From assembly GCA_031362565.1 (NCBI GenBank), contig JANLSU010000120.1:129200-193199 (forward strand): 64,000 nucleotides of DNA, in the 5' to 3' direction. Shown here one piece after another: positions 9,247 through 18,514 of this stretch. This DNA comes from a bacterium (GTDB taxonomy: Bacteria; Krumholzibacteriota; Krumholzibacteriia; G020349025). The notes beneath the pieces are model-generated. The model was not told the origin of the DNA. It searched no databases and saw nothing but the letters and a program-made list of their open reading frames with translations. Both the position numbers and the translations under genes were made by a program. How positions within the stretch are numbered: position 1 is the first letter of the stretch; each line of letters starts with the position of its first letter.

Positions 9247-10950
9247 ATGCTGGGCCGGTTCTTACGCCTTCTTTTCGCGATGCTCGTGTGCCAGGTCGTA
9301 ATCCTCGCAGGCGGGATGTTCTTGCTGACCGCACTGTTCGTGTCCCGCGAGGGCGGCGCTCCGACCGTGCATCCGCGCTCGACCCTTTGGCTGCACATCT
9401 CGGGTAACGTGGTCGAGTACAACACGCTGCCCACGGTTCCCTTCCTGAACGATCCGCCGCCCTCGCAGACGGCGCTCATCGAAGCGCTGGACCACGCCGC
9501 CCAAGACAAACACATCGAATCGGCACTCGTGGACCTCGACTTCGCGTCGCTCGGCTGGGGCATGGCCGAAGAGCTGCGCGCCGCGATCGCGCGCTTCCGC
9601 GCCACCGGCAAGCCCGTCTTCGCATTCGGGCCGGTGCTCGAAGAAGGCAGCTACTATGTCGCCGCGGCCTGCGATTCCATCTACCTGCCGCCGCAGGGCA
9701 AGCTGGCGCTGAACGGCCTGGCCCTGGAATCGCTCTATTATAAGGGCCTCATGGACAAGGTCGGCGTGCACGCCAATTTCCACCGCATCGGCGCTTTCAA
9801 GAGTGCGGTCGAGGAATACACCCGCGACAAGATGTCGGAGCCGGCGCGCCGCAACGCCGGCTGGTTGCTCGATGACCTGTGGAGCGAATTCCGCGACACC
9901 GTGGCGCGCGACCGCAAGCTGGGCCCGGGCGCCATCGATGAAATCATTGCGCTCGGCACGTTGCAGCCCGAGGAAGCGGTCGACGCCAAGCTGATTGACG
10001 ACGTGCGCTATCGCCAGGATTTGGAAGATTCGTTCCGCGACGAAAACGGCGACTCGCGGCTCATCACCGTGTCCGAATATGCGAAGGCCAACAAGTCGTC
10101 AACGCGCGGCGGCCCGGCGATTGCGGTCGTGCATACGGCCGGCTTCATCCTGAGCGGCAAGAATGGCTTCAACCCGGCCTTCGGCACCACACTCGGCGAC
10201 GAGAGCGTACTGCGCGACCTGCAGGATGCCATCGACGACGACGACGTCAAAGCCATCGTGCTGCGCATCGACAGCCCGGGCGGCGAGGTCATGGCGAGCG
10301 ATACCATCGGCAACGCCGTCGAACGCGCCACGGAAGAAAAGCCGGTCGTGGTTTCGATGGTGGATGTGGCGGCCTCCGGCGGCTACATGATGGCCTATCG
10401 CGCCAGCCGCATCGTGGCGCTCCCGAACACCATCACGGGCAGCATCGGGTCGTTCACCGGCAAATTCAACTTGCACGGCCTGTATTCGAAACTGGGGCTG
10501 ACGAAGGAATTCGTCACCCGCGGCTCGTATCCGCTCATCGACAGTGACTACAGCGACTGGTCGGCCAACGAAGAGAGCCTCATCGTGCGCCAGCACTGGG
10601 AGGACTACGGCGCCTGGATCGACGACATCGCGGTATCCCGCAAGATGGAGTCGGCAGCGGTGGACAGCGTGGCGCGCGGACGCGTGTGGACCGGCCGCCA
10701 GGCGCTCGATCACAAGCTGGTGGACGAACTCGGTGATCTGCGTCACGCGGTCGAGGTCGCTTCGACGCTCGCCAACCTGCCCCAGGATGCCAAGCCGCGC
10801 CTCGTGCACTATCCGAAACCCATGGGCTTGTTCGACGTCATCGAAGAGCGCAGTGAGCTGCTCTCGGCGGTCGCCGCCCACTGGGCACGCGGCACTCTTT
10901 TGCCCAAGGGCGCCAGTTTCGGCGTCCTCGACGTGCGCGTCGCGCCTTGA
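9247..10950 (+). CDS. sppA: Signal peptide peptidase SppA (protease IV, S49 family), two-domain 67K type
   Basis: N-terminal TM segment, two tandem ClpP/crotonase-like S49 domains (GWGMAEELRAAI...; VVSMVDVAASGGYMMAY), and catalytic Ser/Lys contexts. Confidence 0.85.
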   Translation: MLGRFLRLLFAMLVCQVVILAGGMFLLTALFVSREGGAPTVHPRSTLWLHISGNVVEYNTLPTVPFLNDPPPSQTALIEALDHAAQDKHIESALVDLDFASLGWGMAEELRAAIARFRATGKPVFAFGPVLEEGSYYVAAACDSIYLPPQGKLALNGLALESLYYKGLMDKVGVHANFHRIGAFKSAVEEYTRDKMSEPARRNAGWLLDDLWSEFRDTVARDRKLGPGAIDEIIALGTLQPEEAVDAKLIDDVRYRQDLEDSFRDENGDSRLITVSEYAKANKSSTRGGPAIAVVHTAGFILSGKNGFNPAFGTTLGDESVLRDLQDAIDDDDVKAIVLRIDSPGGEVMASDTIGNAVERATEEKPVVVSMVDVAASGGYMMAYRASRIVALPNTITGSIGSFTGKFNLHGLYSKLGLTKEFVTRGSYPLIDSDYSDWSANEESLIVRQHWEDYGAWIDDIAVSRKMESAAVDSVARGRVWTGRQALDHKLVDELGDLRHAVEVASTLANLPQDAKPRLVHYPKPMGLFDVIEERSELLSAVAAHWARGTLLPKGASFGVLDVRVAP

Positions 10951-11034
10951 TCCTGCGTGGTTGACGCCCGAGCGCCGGCCCCCCGATACTAGGGCCACTG
11001 GACTAGAGCCCCTTAGGACCAACGAGGAGTTTCC

Positions 11035-11595
11035 GTGAGCGTTCAAGCGACGCAGCTCAAAGTCGGCATGATCATCATGCACAACGCCAAGCCACACCGG
11101 GTCATGAGTGTTCTGCACGTGACGCCGGGTAACTGGCGCGGCATGGTGCAGACCAAACTCGTGAACATCGAGACCGGGTCCAATGCCGAGCACCGGTTCC
11201 GGTCCGAAGACCGCGTCGACCAGGCCGACATGGAGCACCACAAGCTGCAACTGTCGTATCGCGCCGCCGACGAATTCAACTTCATGAACACCGAGAACTA
11301 CGAGATGGTGATGCTCGACAAAACCGTCCTCGGTGGCTCCGCGTTGTATCTGCTGGAGGGCATGGAAATCGAGGCGCTGTACTTCGAGGGGCGCGTCGTC
11401 GGCATCGAAGTGCCGACCTTCGTCGAACTCCTCGTTACCGAGACGACTCCCAGCATGAAGGGCGCGACCGCTGCCGCATCGCCCAAGCCCGCGACCCTCG
11501 AGACGGGTTTACAGATCAAGGTGCCGCAGTACGTCAATACCGGTGACCGGGTGAAGATCGATACCCGCACCGACGAATTCGTCGAACGAGCGTAG
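11035..11595 (+). CDS. efp: Translation elongation factor P
   Basis: 186 aa (MSVQATQLKVGMIIMHNAKPHRVMSVLHVTPGNWRGMVQTKLVNIETG...) with a canonical KOW-like domain I and OB domains II/III. A GTG start is preceded by AGGAGT. Confidence 0.95.
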   Translation: MSVQATQLKVGMIIMHNAKPHRVMSVLHVTPGNWRGMVQTKLVNIETGSNAEHRFRSEDRVDQADMEHHKLQLSYRAADEFNFMNTENYEMVMLDKTVLGGSALYLLEGMEIEALYFEGRVVGIEVPTFVELLVTETTPSMKGATAAASPKPATLETGLQIKVPQYVNTGDRVKIDTRTDEFVERA

Positions 11596-11603
11596 CGTAA
11601 GCC

Positions 11604-12089
11604 ATGCCTGCGACTCTCGAGACTCGCGCCACGATCATTGCGGCATCTCTGGCTCTCGCGGCCTTGCTCTGCGGCTGCGGCGACAAAAAAGCCGTACCGC
11701 CCTACCAACCCGGCCTCGGCGAGATCATGACATTGACGCAGATGCGCCACGCCAAACTCTGGCTGGCCGGCGACGCCCAGAACTGGGCGCTCGCGTCCTA
11801 CGAAGTCGACGAGATCGCCGCGGGTTTCCAAGACGTCATCGCTTATCACCCGACGCACAAAGACTCGCCGGTGCCCTTGCGCGATGCGATTCCGGTGATG
11901 ATCGACGGGCCGATCGAAGAACTGCGGGCAGCGATCGCCAAGCAAGATCCAGCCACCTTCGCGACCGCCTACGACGGCCTGACCGCAGCGTGCAACGCCT
12001 GCCACGAAGCCACGAACTCCGCTTTCAACGTCGTGCAACGCCCCGCCGCGAATCCCTTCCCGAACCAACTCTTCACCGTGCCGCGCTAG
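11604..12089 (+). CDS. Lipoprotein with a C-terminal CXXCH haem-binding motif (class II cytochrome c, cytochrome c'-like)
   Basis: 161 aa. It has a signal peptide with a lipobox (LLCGCGD), a mostly predicted-helical body, and a single CNACHEA motif ~20 residues from the C-terminus, as in the cytochrome c' / b562-like four-helix-bundle cytochromes. Confidence 0.5.
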   Translation: MPATLETRATIIAASLALAALLCGCGDKKAVPPYQPGLGEIMTLTQMRHAKLWLAGDAQNWALASYEVDEIAAGFQDVIAYHPTHKDSPVPLRDAIPVMIDGPIEELRAAIAKQDPATFATAYDGLTAACNACHEATNSAFNVVQRPAANPFPNQLFTVPR

Positions 12090-12321
12090 AACGCCGACGA
12101 GCCTGGGGCAGCTGACCCGCGACTGGATCTCGCCTTCGCCGACGCGCTTCGGATATCATTCTGCTCTCGACAATTTGGCGTGGCGGAACGGGTTATGGCT
12201 GCGAAGGCGTCTTATGTAAACCTGGCATTGCGCCCGCGGGGCGCGGCCACGCTTTGAGCCGCCCCCCACAACGAGTACTGCGGGTTTATCTTCAAAGAGG
12301 ACACCCCATTCTCCGGAGGGC

Positions 12322-13341
12322 TTGCCCGTGCGGTCACTCGGCCAGATCTGGCGCAACGCTCTGAACAGAGCCGCTCCTGCGGCATTCGCGGTGGCGATTT
12401 CCGGCTGTGACGATGACGTCGCCACACCGGGAACTGGCCACGCGTGCGGCGATTACTCAAGGTCAGTTGCCCAAATCACCTCGAGGGACACTCCGGGCGG
12501 CTGTATCGACCTCGCTGTAGCTGGCAACTACGTCCTCGTCGCGGACTACAGTGCCGGACTTCAGGTGATCGATGTGAGTCGTCCATCATCACCGCAACTG
12601 GTGGCGACGATCCCATATCCCAGCGTAGACCCTCTAGGAGTGGTCATCGCCAATTCGTATGCGTATGCCGCAGGTCCCTCGGGGCTTCGGGTAATCGACA
12701 TCTCCAACCCGACCTCGCCGCGCATCGTTGGGACTCTCGGGACAAATGAGTTCGCCCTAGCCGTGGCAGTTGACCGGGGTCACGCCTTTGTTGCAGTCGG
12801 GTCTGGCGGATTGTTGGTGGCCGACGTCAGTGACCCGACGACCCCGACAGTTGTTGCCACACTCGATACACCTGGGGATGCTCGTGGCGTCGCGATTGCT
12901 GGCGACTTCGCCTACGTCGACGATGGCCGATACGGCCTGCAAATCGTCGACATTAGCAACAAGGAGTCGCCTGTGATTATCAGGACCGTAGATACAGAGT
13001 TTGCGAATGGGGTAGCTGTAGAAGGTGACCACGCCTACGTCGCTGACGGTCGATCCGGCCTGAGGATAATCGATATCCACGACCCCGCTGTAGCCAGAAT
13101 AGTGGGAACTATCGACACGCCCGGCGATGCTTCCGACGTCGTCGTTGCGGGACGGTACGCCTACGTCGGCGACTGGGATTCCGGACTTCAGGTCATCGAC
13201 ATCAGTGACCCGTTGTCGCCGCGACTTGTGGGAGCAGCGGATACGCCGAGTATTGCCCGTGGCGTTGCTGTGGCTGGTGACTACGTCTACGTGGCGGACC
13301 ACATGGCCGGCCTCCACGTGTTCCCCCGGCAGTGTGACTGA
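12322..13341 (+). CDS. LVIVD-repeat beta-propeller lipoprotein
   Basis: Lipobox ISGCDDD, followed by ~7 tandem ~42-aa repeats with the pattern YAYVADGxxGLQVIDISNPxSPxxVGTxDTPGxAxGVAVxGD (LVIVD repeat, PF08309-like). Confidence 0.7.
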   Translation: MPVRSLGQIWRNALNRAAPAAFAVAISGCDDDVATPGTGHACGDYSRSVAQITSRDTPGGCIDLAVAGNYVLVADYSAGLQVIDVSRPSSPQLVATIPYPSVDPLGVVIANSYAYAAGPSGLRVIDISNPTSPRIVGTLGTNEFALAVAVDRGHAFVAVGSGGLLVADVSDPTTPTVVATLDTPGDARGVAIAGDFAYVDDGRYGLQIVDISNKESPVIIRTVDTEFANGVAVEGDHAYVADGRSGLRIIDIHDPAVARIVGTIDTPGDASDVVVAGRYAYVGDWDSGLQVIDISDPLSPRLVGAADTPSIARGVAVAGDYVYVADHMAGLHVFPRQCD

Positions 13342-13650
13342 TGGCTCCACCATCGCATCTCAGCGCACCTCTTTGACTCCCCTTCCGGCGACGGGTTCCA
13401 GCGGTCAGTTCGCCTTCCGCCTGGTTATACGACAAGCCCCCAGGCCCCTCTGGCACCGAGTGCGCCTTCCGCGTAGAAAGACGCAGCCGCTGGCCATCCG
13501 CTCTGGAAACTTGGCGGTTTGCGCGGACCTCGGGTCGCGGAACGCGCCGGCATTGCGCCTTCCGGACCCAAAGACGCAACGCAGAGCCCCGAGGGGGCTG
13601 GTCGTCGCGGCGCCCGCTTGGCGACATCCTCGACGGGTCTCTCCGCGTTC

Positions 13651-15012
13651 CTACACCGCGTCGCTCAGGCTCGAAAATGTGAAGTTGGCGGCTTTGATTG
13701 CCGGCATCACGGCATTGCCGGTCCGAACCGCGGGCGTCATGCCGAGAACGTTGTTGAGCATGACGGCGGGGCTTTCGTTGAAGCGGAAGTTCACCACCGG
13801 GTGGGTGATCTTGCCGTTTTCGATCAACCACAGGCCGTCGCGCGTCAGCCCGGTCAACTGCATCGTCTGTGGGTTGACGACACGGATATACCAGAAGTGG
13901 GTCACCAAGAGACCGCGTTCGGTGGACCCGATGAGCGCCTCCAGCGCGTCCTTGCCGCCTTCAAGCACGAAGTTGCCCGCCGAGGGCGTCGGCTCGCGGT
14001 CACTCTTCTTCGCCCAATAGCGGTCGTAACTCAAGTTCTTGAGAACGCCGTTTTCGACCCAGGTGATGGGCGTATTCGCGACGCCCGGCTCGCCGCCACC
14101 GAATCCGCCGCCTCCACCGCCGCCGCCGCCGCCACCACCCCAAGGCGAGCCCGGCCGGCGCCGGTCGAGCGGATCGCTCTTCATCGTCACCGATTCGTGA
14201 AACACCTTTTCGCCGAGCTGCGTGCCGCCGCCCTTTTTCGAGAAGTACGAGCGGCCTTCCTCGGCCGTGCGAGCCGAGAGCGCGCCGCCGATGTTGAACC
14301 CGAGGAGTTCGGCCACCGCCGCGGGCTCCAGAATCACGGTGTAGTCGCCGGGCTCGAGGCGTTGCGGCGCTGCCGACTCGCGGGCTTTGCGGACGGCCGT
14401 CGTTGCGAGCTTCCCGGCGTCAATGTCGCGGACCCGGAAGCTCGAGTCCTCTGCCCATCCCGATCCCGTACCGTCCGGTGTCCGGGCCGTAGCGCTCAGC
14501 GACACAGTCGTCGACGGGAAATACCCGAAGTTGCCCGCCTTGTTGGCGATGCATTGCACGGCGCTGCTGTTCGTGAAGAACCCGGAGCTGCTCATGCTCT
14601 CGCGCGTCGCCGCTTCGACAACGGCCTGCACGCCCGCGACGCGCCCAGCGGCGCCCAAGCGTGCGGTCGCATCATCCTGAGCAACGATTTCCAGGTACTT
14701 CTGCGGCGCCAGCGGCCCGACGTATTCGGGATCGGCCGGCATCAACGCCGCCAGTTCCTCGGCGCGCTTCATCGCCTTCTCGAGTGCCGCATCACCGGTC
14801 TCGTTCAGCGACACGCGCCCCGTACGTCCATCGCGCGTGGCGCTCACCACAACCGTCACCGACTCCGAATCACCGGACGTCGTGATTTCGTTGTTGGCGA
14901 AGCGCGTGTTCGAATTGCGGCCGAACGTGAGCGCCACCGATGCATCCTCGGCGCTGGTGAAGCCGAGCGCCCGAGCGGCAATCTGCCGGCATTCCTTTTC
15001 GCTCATCGACAT
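13651..15012 (-). CDS. pmbA: PmbA/TldE-type metallopeptidase (peptidase U62) with an internal poly-glycine insert
   Basis: 453 aa with TldD/PmbA-family core motifs (VLGMTPAVRTGNAVMPAIK C-terminal region). It has no signal peptide. It carries an unusual WGGGGGGGGGGGGFGGGEPG insert encoded by a (GGN)n run at ~14088-14140. Confidence 0.8.
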   Translation of the reverse strand: MSMSEKECRQIAARALGFTSAEDASVALTFGRNSNTRFANNEITTSGDSESVTVVVSATRDGRTGRVSLNETGDAALEKAMKRAEELAALMPADPEYVGPLAPQKYLEIVAQDDATARLGAAGRVAGVQAVVEAATRESMSSSGFFTNSSAVQCIANKAGNFGYFPSTTVSLSATARTPDGTGSGWAEDSSFRVRDIDAGKLATTAVRKARESAAPQRLEPGDYTVILEPAAVAELLGFNIGGALSARTAEEGRSYFSKKGGGTQLGEKVFHESVTMKSDPLDRRRPGSPWGGGGGGGGGGGGFGGGEPGVANTPITWVENGVLKNLSYDRYWAKKSDREPTPSAGNFVLEGGKDALEALIGSTERGLLVTHFWYIRVVNPQTMQLTGLTRDGLWLIENGKITHPVVNFRFNESPAVMLNNVLGMTPAVRTGNAVMPAIKAANFTFSSLSDAV

Positions 15013-15016
15013 GGCT

Positions 15017-16639
15017 TCACTCCGTTCGCAGGACGTTGATGCCGCGGAACAAGGTCGGCGAGCAGCCGTGGCTCATGGCGTTGATTTGGCCCGGCTGGCC
15101 CTTGCCGTCGTTCGTAAGTCCAAAGTTCTGCCAGAACCGCTCGTCGGCGATCGCCGCGCAGGCGTGCCAGAAGTCGGTGGTCTTGCTCTGGTAGGCGACG
15201 TCGGCCAGCATGCGCCCCTTCTTGCCGTTCTTGATCTCCCAGAACGCGTCGCCGCCGAATTGGAAGTTGTAACGCTGATGATCGATCGACCACGAGCCGC
15301 GCCCGTCGATCAGCACGCCGTCCTCGACCATGGCAATGAGGTCATCCAAACTCTTGCCATCCTTGCCGGGCCGCAGCCACACATTTGGGATACGCTGGAA
15401 CGGCACGCTGTCGAACGAGTCGGCGTAGCAGCAGCCGCGCGACTCCTTCTCGCCCACCAAGTGCGCCTGGTCGCGAATCGTTTGATAAGCCTGGAAGACA
15501 CCGTCCTTGACGATGTCGAAGGAGGTGGCCTTGACCCCGTCGTCGTCGTAACCAACCGTCGCCATGCCCTGTGGCAGGGTGCGATCGCCGACGATGTTCA
15601 TGAGCGGTGAACCGATCTCCAGCTTGCCCATGGTCTTGTCGGGTGGCGCTACGAATGACGTGCCGGCGAAATTGGCCTCGTACCCAAGGGCGCGATCCAG
15701 CTCCGTCGAGTGGCCGATGCTCTCGTGGATGGTGAGCGCCAGGTGCGACGGCATCAGCACAAGATCCTTCGCCCCCGGCTCGATCGATGGCGCTGACAGG
15801 TGTTCGACGGCCTCGGCACCGACACGCTCGGCGTTTTCGAGCAGTCCGCAGCGCTCGATGTGCTCGTAACCACCCGTCACCGGCGGGACCTGAAAGCTGC
15901 GCGACTTGTTCTTGCGCGTCGCGAATTCGACCGCGGTTGCGCTGAAGGTCGGTGCCGTCTGCAGGATGAGCTGCTGGATCGATGAGCCGTCCGTGGAAGC
16001 GAAGAATTTGTCCTCGGAGCGAAACGTCAGCGATGAATTGACTTGGCTGACGCCCTTGGTCCGTCGCGCCGCGTCGTGCGCCGACTGCAGGAGACCCAAT
16101 TTGTCCTGCAGCGGCACGTCGAAGGGGTTTCTCTCGAACGGCGTCGAGTAGCGATCCTTGTACGCTGGCACCGCGGCGAGTTCCACTCGGTGTTTCTGCA
16201 GGGGCAGGTTGGCCTTGGCGCTCGCGACGGCCGCCGCTGTGATGCGCGCGATCTCGTCCTTGTCCACTTTCGGGCTCGCGGCGAAACCCCAGGTGCCCGA
16301 GTGCAGCACGCGCACCCCGAAACCAAACGATTCACTCTCGAAGACGTTCGGCACGTTGTTGACGGCGCCGCTTGCCGCGCCCTGACTCCGGTCACGGCTC
16401 GTCCGCAGCGCCACGGTCTGGTTGCGATAGCGATTGATGCGAATATCGGCGTACGAGCAGCCAAGCTTGCGGGCTTTGTCGAGGGCGACGGCGGCCAGCG
16501 CATCCAGATCGCCCGGCGCGAGCGACGTTGCGAGCGCTTTCGGGATCGACAAAAGCGACTCCCGCAACAGGCCACCGACTGCGGCCGCACCGGCGGTCAG
16601 GCCAACGGTACGGAGAAACTCGCGGCGAGTAGGCGACAC
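15017..16639 (-). CDS. tldD: TldD-type metallopeptidase (peptidase U62) with a twin-arginine (Tat) signal peptide
   Basis: TldD-family motifs (HEAIGHxxE-like HESIGHSTELDRALGYEANFAGTSF; C-terminal GRGSWSIDHQRYNFQFGGDAFWEIKNGK). The most plausible start is the GTG at c16637..16639 after a GGGAGA RBS. That gives VSPTRREFLRTVGLTAGAAAVGGLL, a canonical S/T-RRxFLK Tat motif. Confidence 0.85.
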   Translation of the reverse strand: MSPTRREFLRTVGLTAGAAAVGGLLRESLLSIPKALATSLAPGDLDALAAVALDKARKLGCSYADIRINRYRNQTVALRTSRDRSQGAASGAVNNVPNVFESESFGFGVRVLHSGTWGFAASPKVDKDEIARITAAAVASAKANLPLQKHRVELAAVPAYKDRYSTPFERNPFDVPLQDKLGLLQSAHDAARRTKGVSQVNSSLTFRSEDKFFASTDGSSIQQLILQTAPTFSATAVEFATRKNKSRSFQVPPVTGGYEHIERCGLLENAERVGAEAVEHLSAPSIEPGAKDLVLMPSHLALTIHESIGHSTELDRALGYEANFAGTSFVAPPDKTMGKLEIGSPLMNIVGDRTLPQGMATVGYDDDGVKATSFDIVKDGVFQAYQTIRDQAHLVGEKESRGCCYADSFDSVPFQRIPNVWLRPGKDGKSLDDLIAMVEDGVLIDGRGSWSIDHQRYNFQFGGDAFWEIKNGKKGRMLADVAYQSKTTDFWHACAAIADERFWQNFGLTNDGKGQPGQINAMSHGCSPTLFRGINVLRTE

Positions 16640-16738
16640 GGCGATCTCCCTTGCGCGAGAGCCCGGGGTTGCGTCTGTTGAACCCCGCCACTCTACCCCA
16701 CGCATGGCTCGGGCGTCACCAGTCCGGAGGCCCGCGCC

Positions 16739-17896
16739 TCAGAGAGTGCCGGCCTGCAAGGTGGCGCAAAACTCCCCGAAGGGCAGAACTTCGATTCCAT
16801 CGCGCGTCTTCAACCGATCCTTGCCGGTGTAGACAAGCAGGCTGCGACGTACGCCGGGAAGCACCTTGAAGGCACGCAGTCCCTTGCACATCCCGTCCGA
16901 GAACTTGCTCGACGATTTCACCTCGATCGCGACAATTTCCTTCCCCCGGACGAGTACGAAATCGACTTCGATCGCGACGGAATCGCTCGACGCCCAGTAG
17001 AAGATTCCATCGTAGAGCCGGCGGTAGGCGTTGTACGCCCGTAGCACGGTAAAGACATACCCCTCGAAGAGCCGGCCGGCTTCCTCGCGCGACGGCACGC
17101 CCCAGGATTGCATCGCAGCTCGAGCCAAGCCACAGTCGACCCAATACAGCTTGGGCAACGCGCGTTCGCGAAACCGCAGCTTGGCGTCGAACGCCGGGAG
17201 GCGCAGAGTAAGCAGAGTGTCCTCCAGAATCTCGAGGTATCCCTGCACCGTCGAGCGCGACACGCCAGCTTCGCGAGCGATATTGGAAGCGTTGATCACT
17301 TGCGCATGGGAGAGCGCCGCGACTGGGAAGAACCGTGAGAAGGCCGGCAGATTGCGCACCAGCGCTTCGGCCCGGATTTCCTCTTTGAGATACAGCTCGA
17401 CGTAGGCGCGAAGAGTCTCGTCCGGTTCATCCGCCGCAACGACCAGCGCAATCGACCCGTAGCGCAGCACCCGCGGCAAGCTGAAAGCCTCCCCGAGTTC
17501 GTTCGGAGTCAGGGGGAAGAGCTCGCGTTTCGCGGCGCGGCCCGCCAGCAGGTTCGTTCCGGCCAACTTGAGTTTGCGAGCGCTCGAACCCAGCAGCGCA
17601 AAGCGCTGTTTGCGATCTTCGATCGCCCGGTGCACTTCGTTCAGAAGGTTGGGCAGGCGCTGGATCTCATCGACAACGATCGTGGCCCCGGCCCGCTCGG
17701 CATTCAGTTTCAGCGCGAAGAGTTCAGGGTTGGACAAATAGCTCTGGAACACCTGCTCATCGAGCAGGTCGATACGTGTCGCGTTCGGGAAGGTCTCACG
17801 CGCGACGGTGCTCTTGCCGACTCCACGCACCCCCAAGAGGAAGAAGCTGCCCTTGGGCGGCGCGAAGAGGCGCTTGAAAACTGGCCTGCTCACCAT
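16739..17896 (-). CDS. AAA_14 / DUF4143 family ATPase (paralog 1)
   Basis: Walker A GVRGVGKST, Walker B VVDEIQ, and a C-terminal DUF4143-like region (AIEVDFVLVRGKEIVAIEVKSS). It is about 45% identical by eye to the ORF at 43620..44789. Confidence 0.8.
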   Translation of the reverse strand: MVSRPVFKRLFAPPKGSFFLLGVRGVGKSTVARETFPNATRIDLLDEQVFQSYLSNPELFALKLNAERAGATIVVDEIQRLPNLLNEVHRAIEDRKQRFALLGSSARKLKLAGTNLLAGRAAKRELFPLTPNELGEAFSLPRVLRYGSIALVVAADEPDETLRAYVELYLKEEIRAEALVRNLPAFSRFFPVAALSHAQVINASNIAREAGVSRSTVQGYLEILEDTLLTLRLPAFDAKLRFRERALPKLYWVDCGLARAAMQSWGVPSREEAGRLFEGYVFTVLRAYNAYRRLYDGIFYWASSDSVAIEVDFVLVRGKEIVAIEVKSSSKFSDGMCKGLRAFKVLPGVRRSLLVYTGKDRLKTRDGIEVLPFGEFCATLQAGTL

Positions 17897-18514
17897 GTCG
17901 GCATTTTACGGCGAAAAACGCCGACAAGCTAGACGATTTTTGGAGGTCCACCCCGGGCAGCGCCTGGCACCCACGGCCTACCGACATTGCCGTCCGCGCG
18001 GCCCGCGGCCCTAGAGCGGCAGCGAATCCGTGGAAGTGGAGGTCCCCGCGTGAGTATCGAACCCAACTAAAGAGGGCCCCGCGGCTTGCGCCGCGAGGCC
18101 CCACGGAATGAGGTCCAGTGTCGACGGCGGTGGGTACCCAAGTAGTTGGGGAAAACCCGCCTAAACGCCATGAACGCTGGGGCTCCCTGCTACAGGGCCG
18201 CCACCTCCACTGAGCCGCATCGGTCTAAACTCACTGGATCACCTCCTCGATCGCCCTACCCAAATCGGCGGGACCCAACCCACCCAGTTCCTCGAGCCGG
18301 GCTCGCTGTCGGAACCGTCACGGTGCCGCGCGGGCAGCCCGTGAGTTTTGTATCGAGATCGAGTCTAGCAAGAATCAACTCGGGACTCCACAACCGGAAA
18401 AGCACCCGGCTCGCCCGGCGCCCCGGCACCCTGCCCCTCCCCCCTTGGCCTGGACGGCCGCCTGCACCATCCTCCACGGGCCCTTGATCGGTCGCCCCCA
18501 CGAAGGAGAATTCC

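Noticed and set aside
18440-18470. Second sigma-54-like element (TGGCCTGGACGGCCGCCTGCA) upstream of the DUF1579 gene
   Set aside because: The GG-to-GC spacing and the -12 element do not fit the consensus. It is probably a chance GC-rich match.
17897-18514. Possible tRNA, tmRNA or RNase P gene in the long intergenic region
   Set aside because: No GTTCGAAT-type T-loop, no acceptor-stem pairing and no tmRNA tag-like reading frame could be found by eye. I left it as an unexplained long spacer instead.
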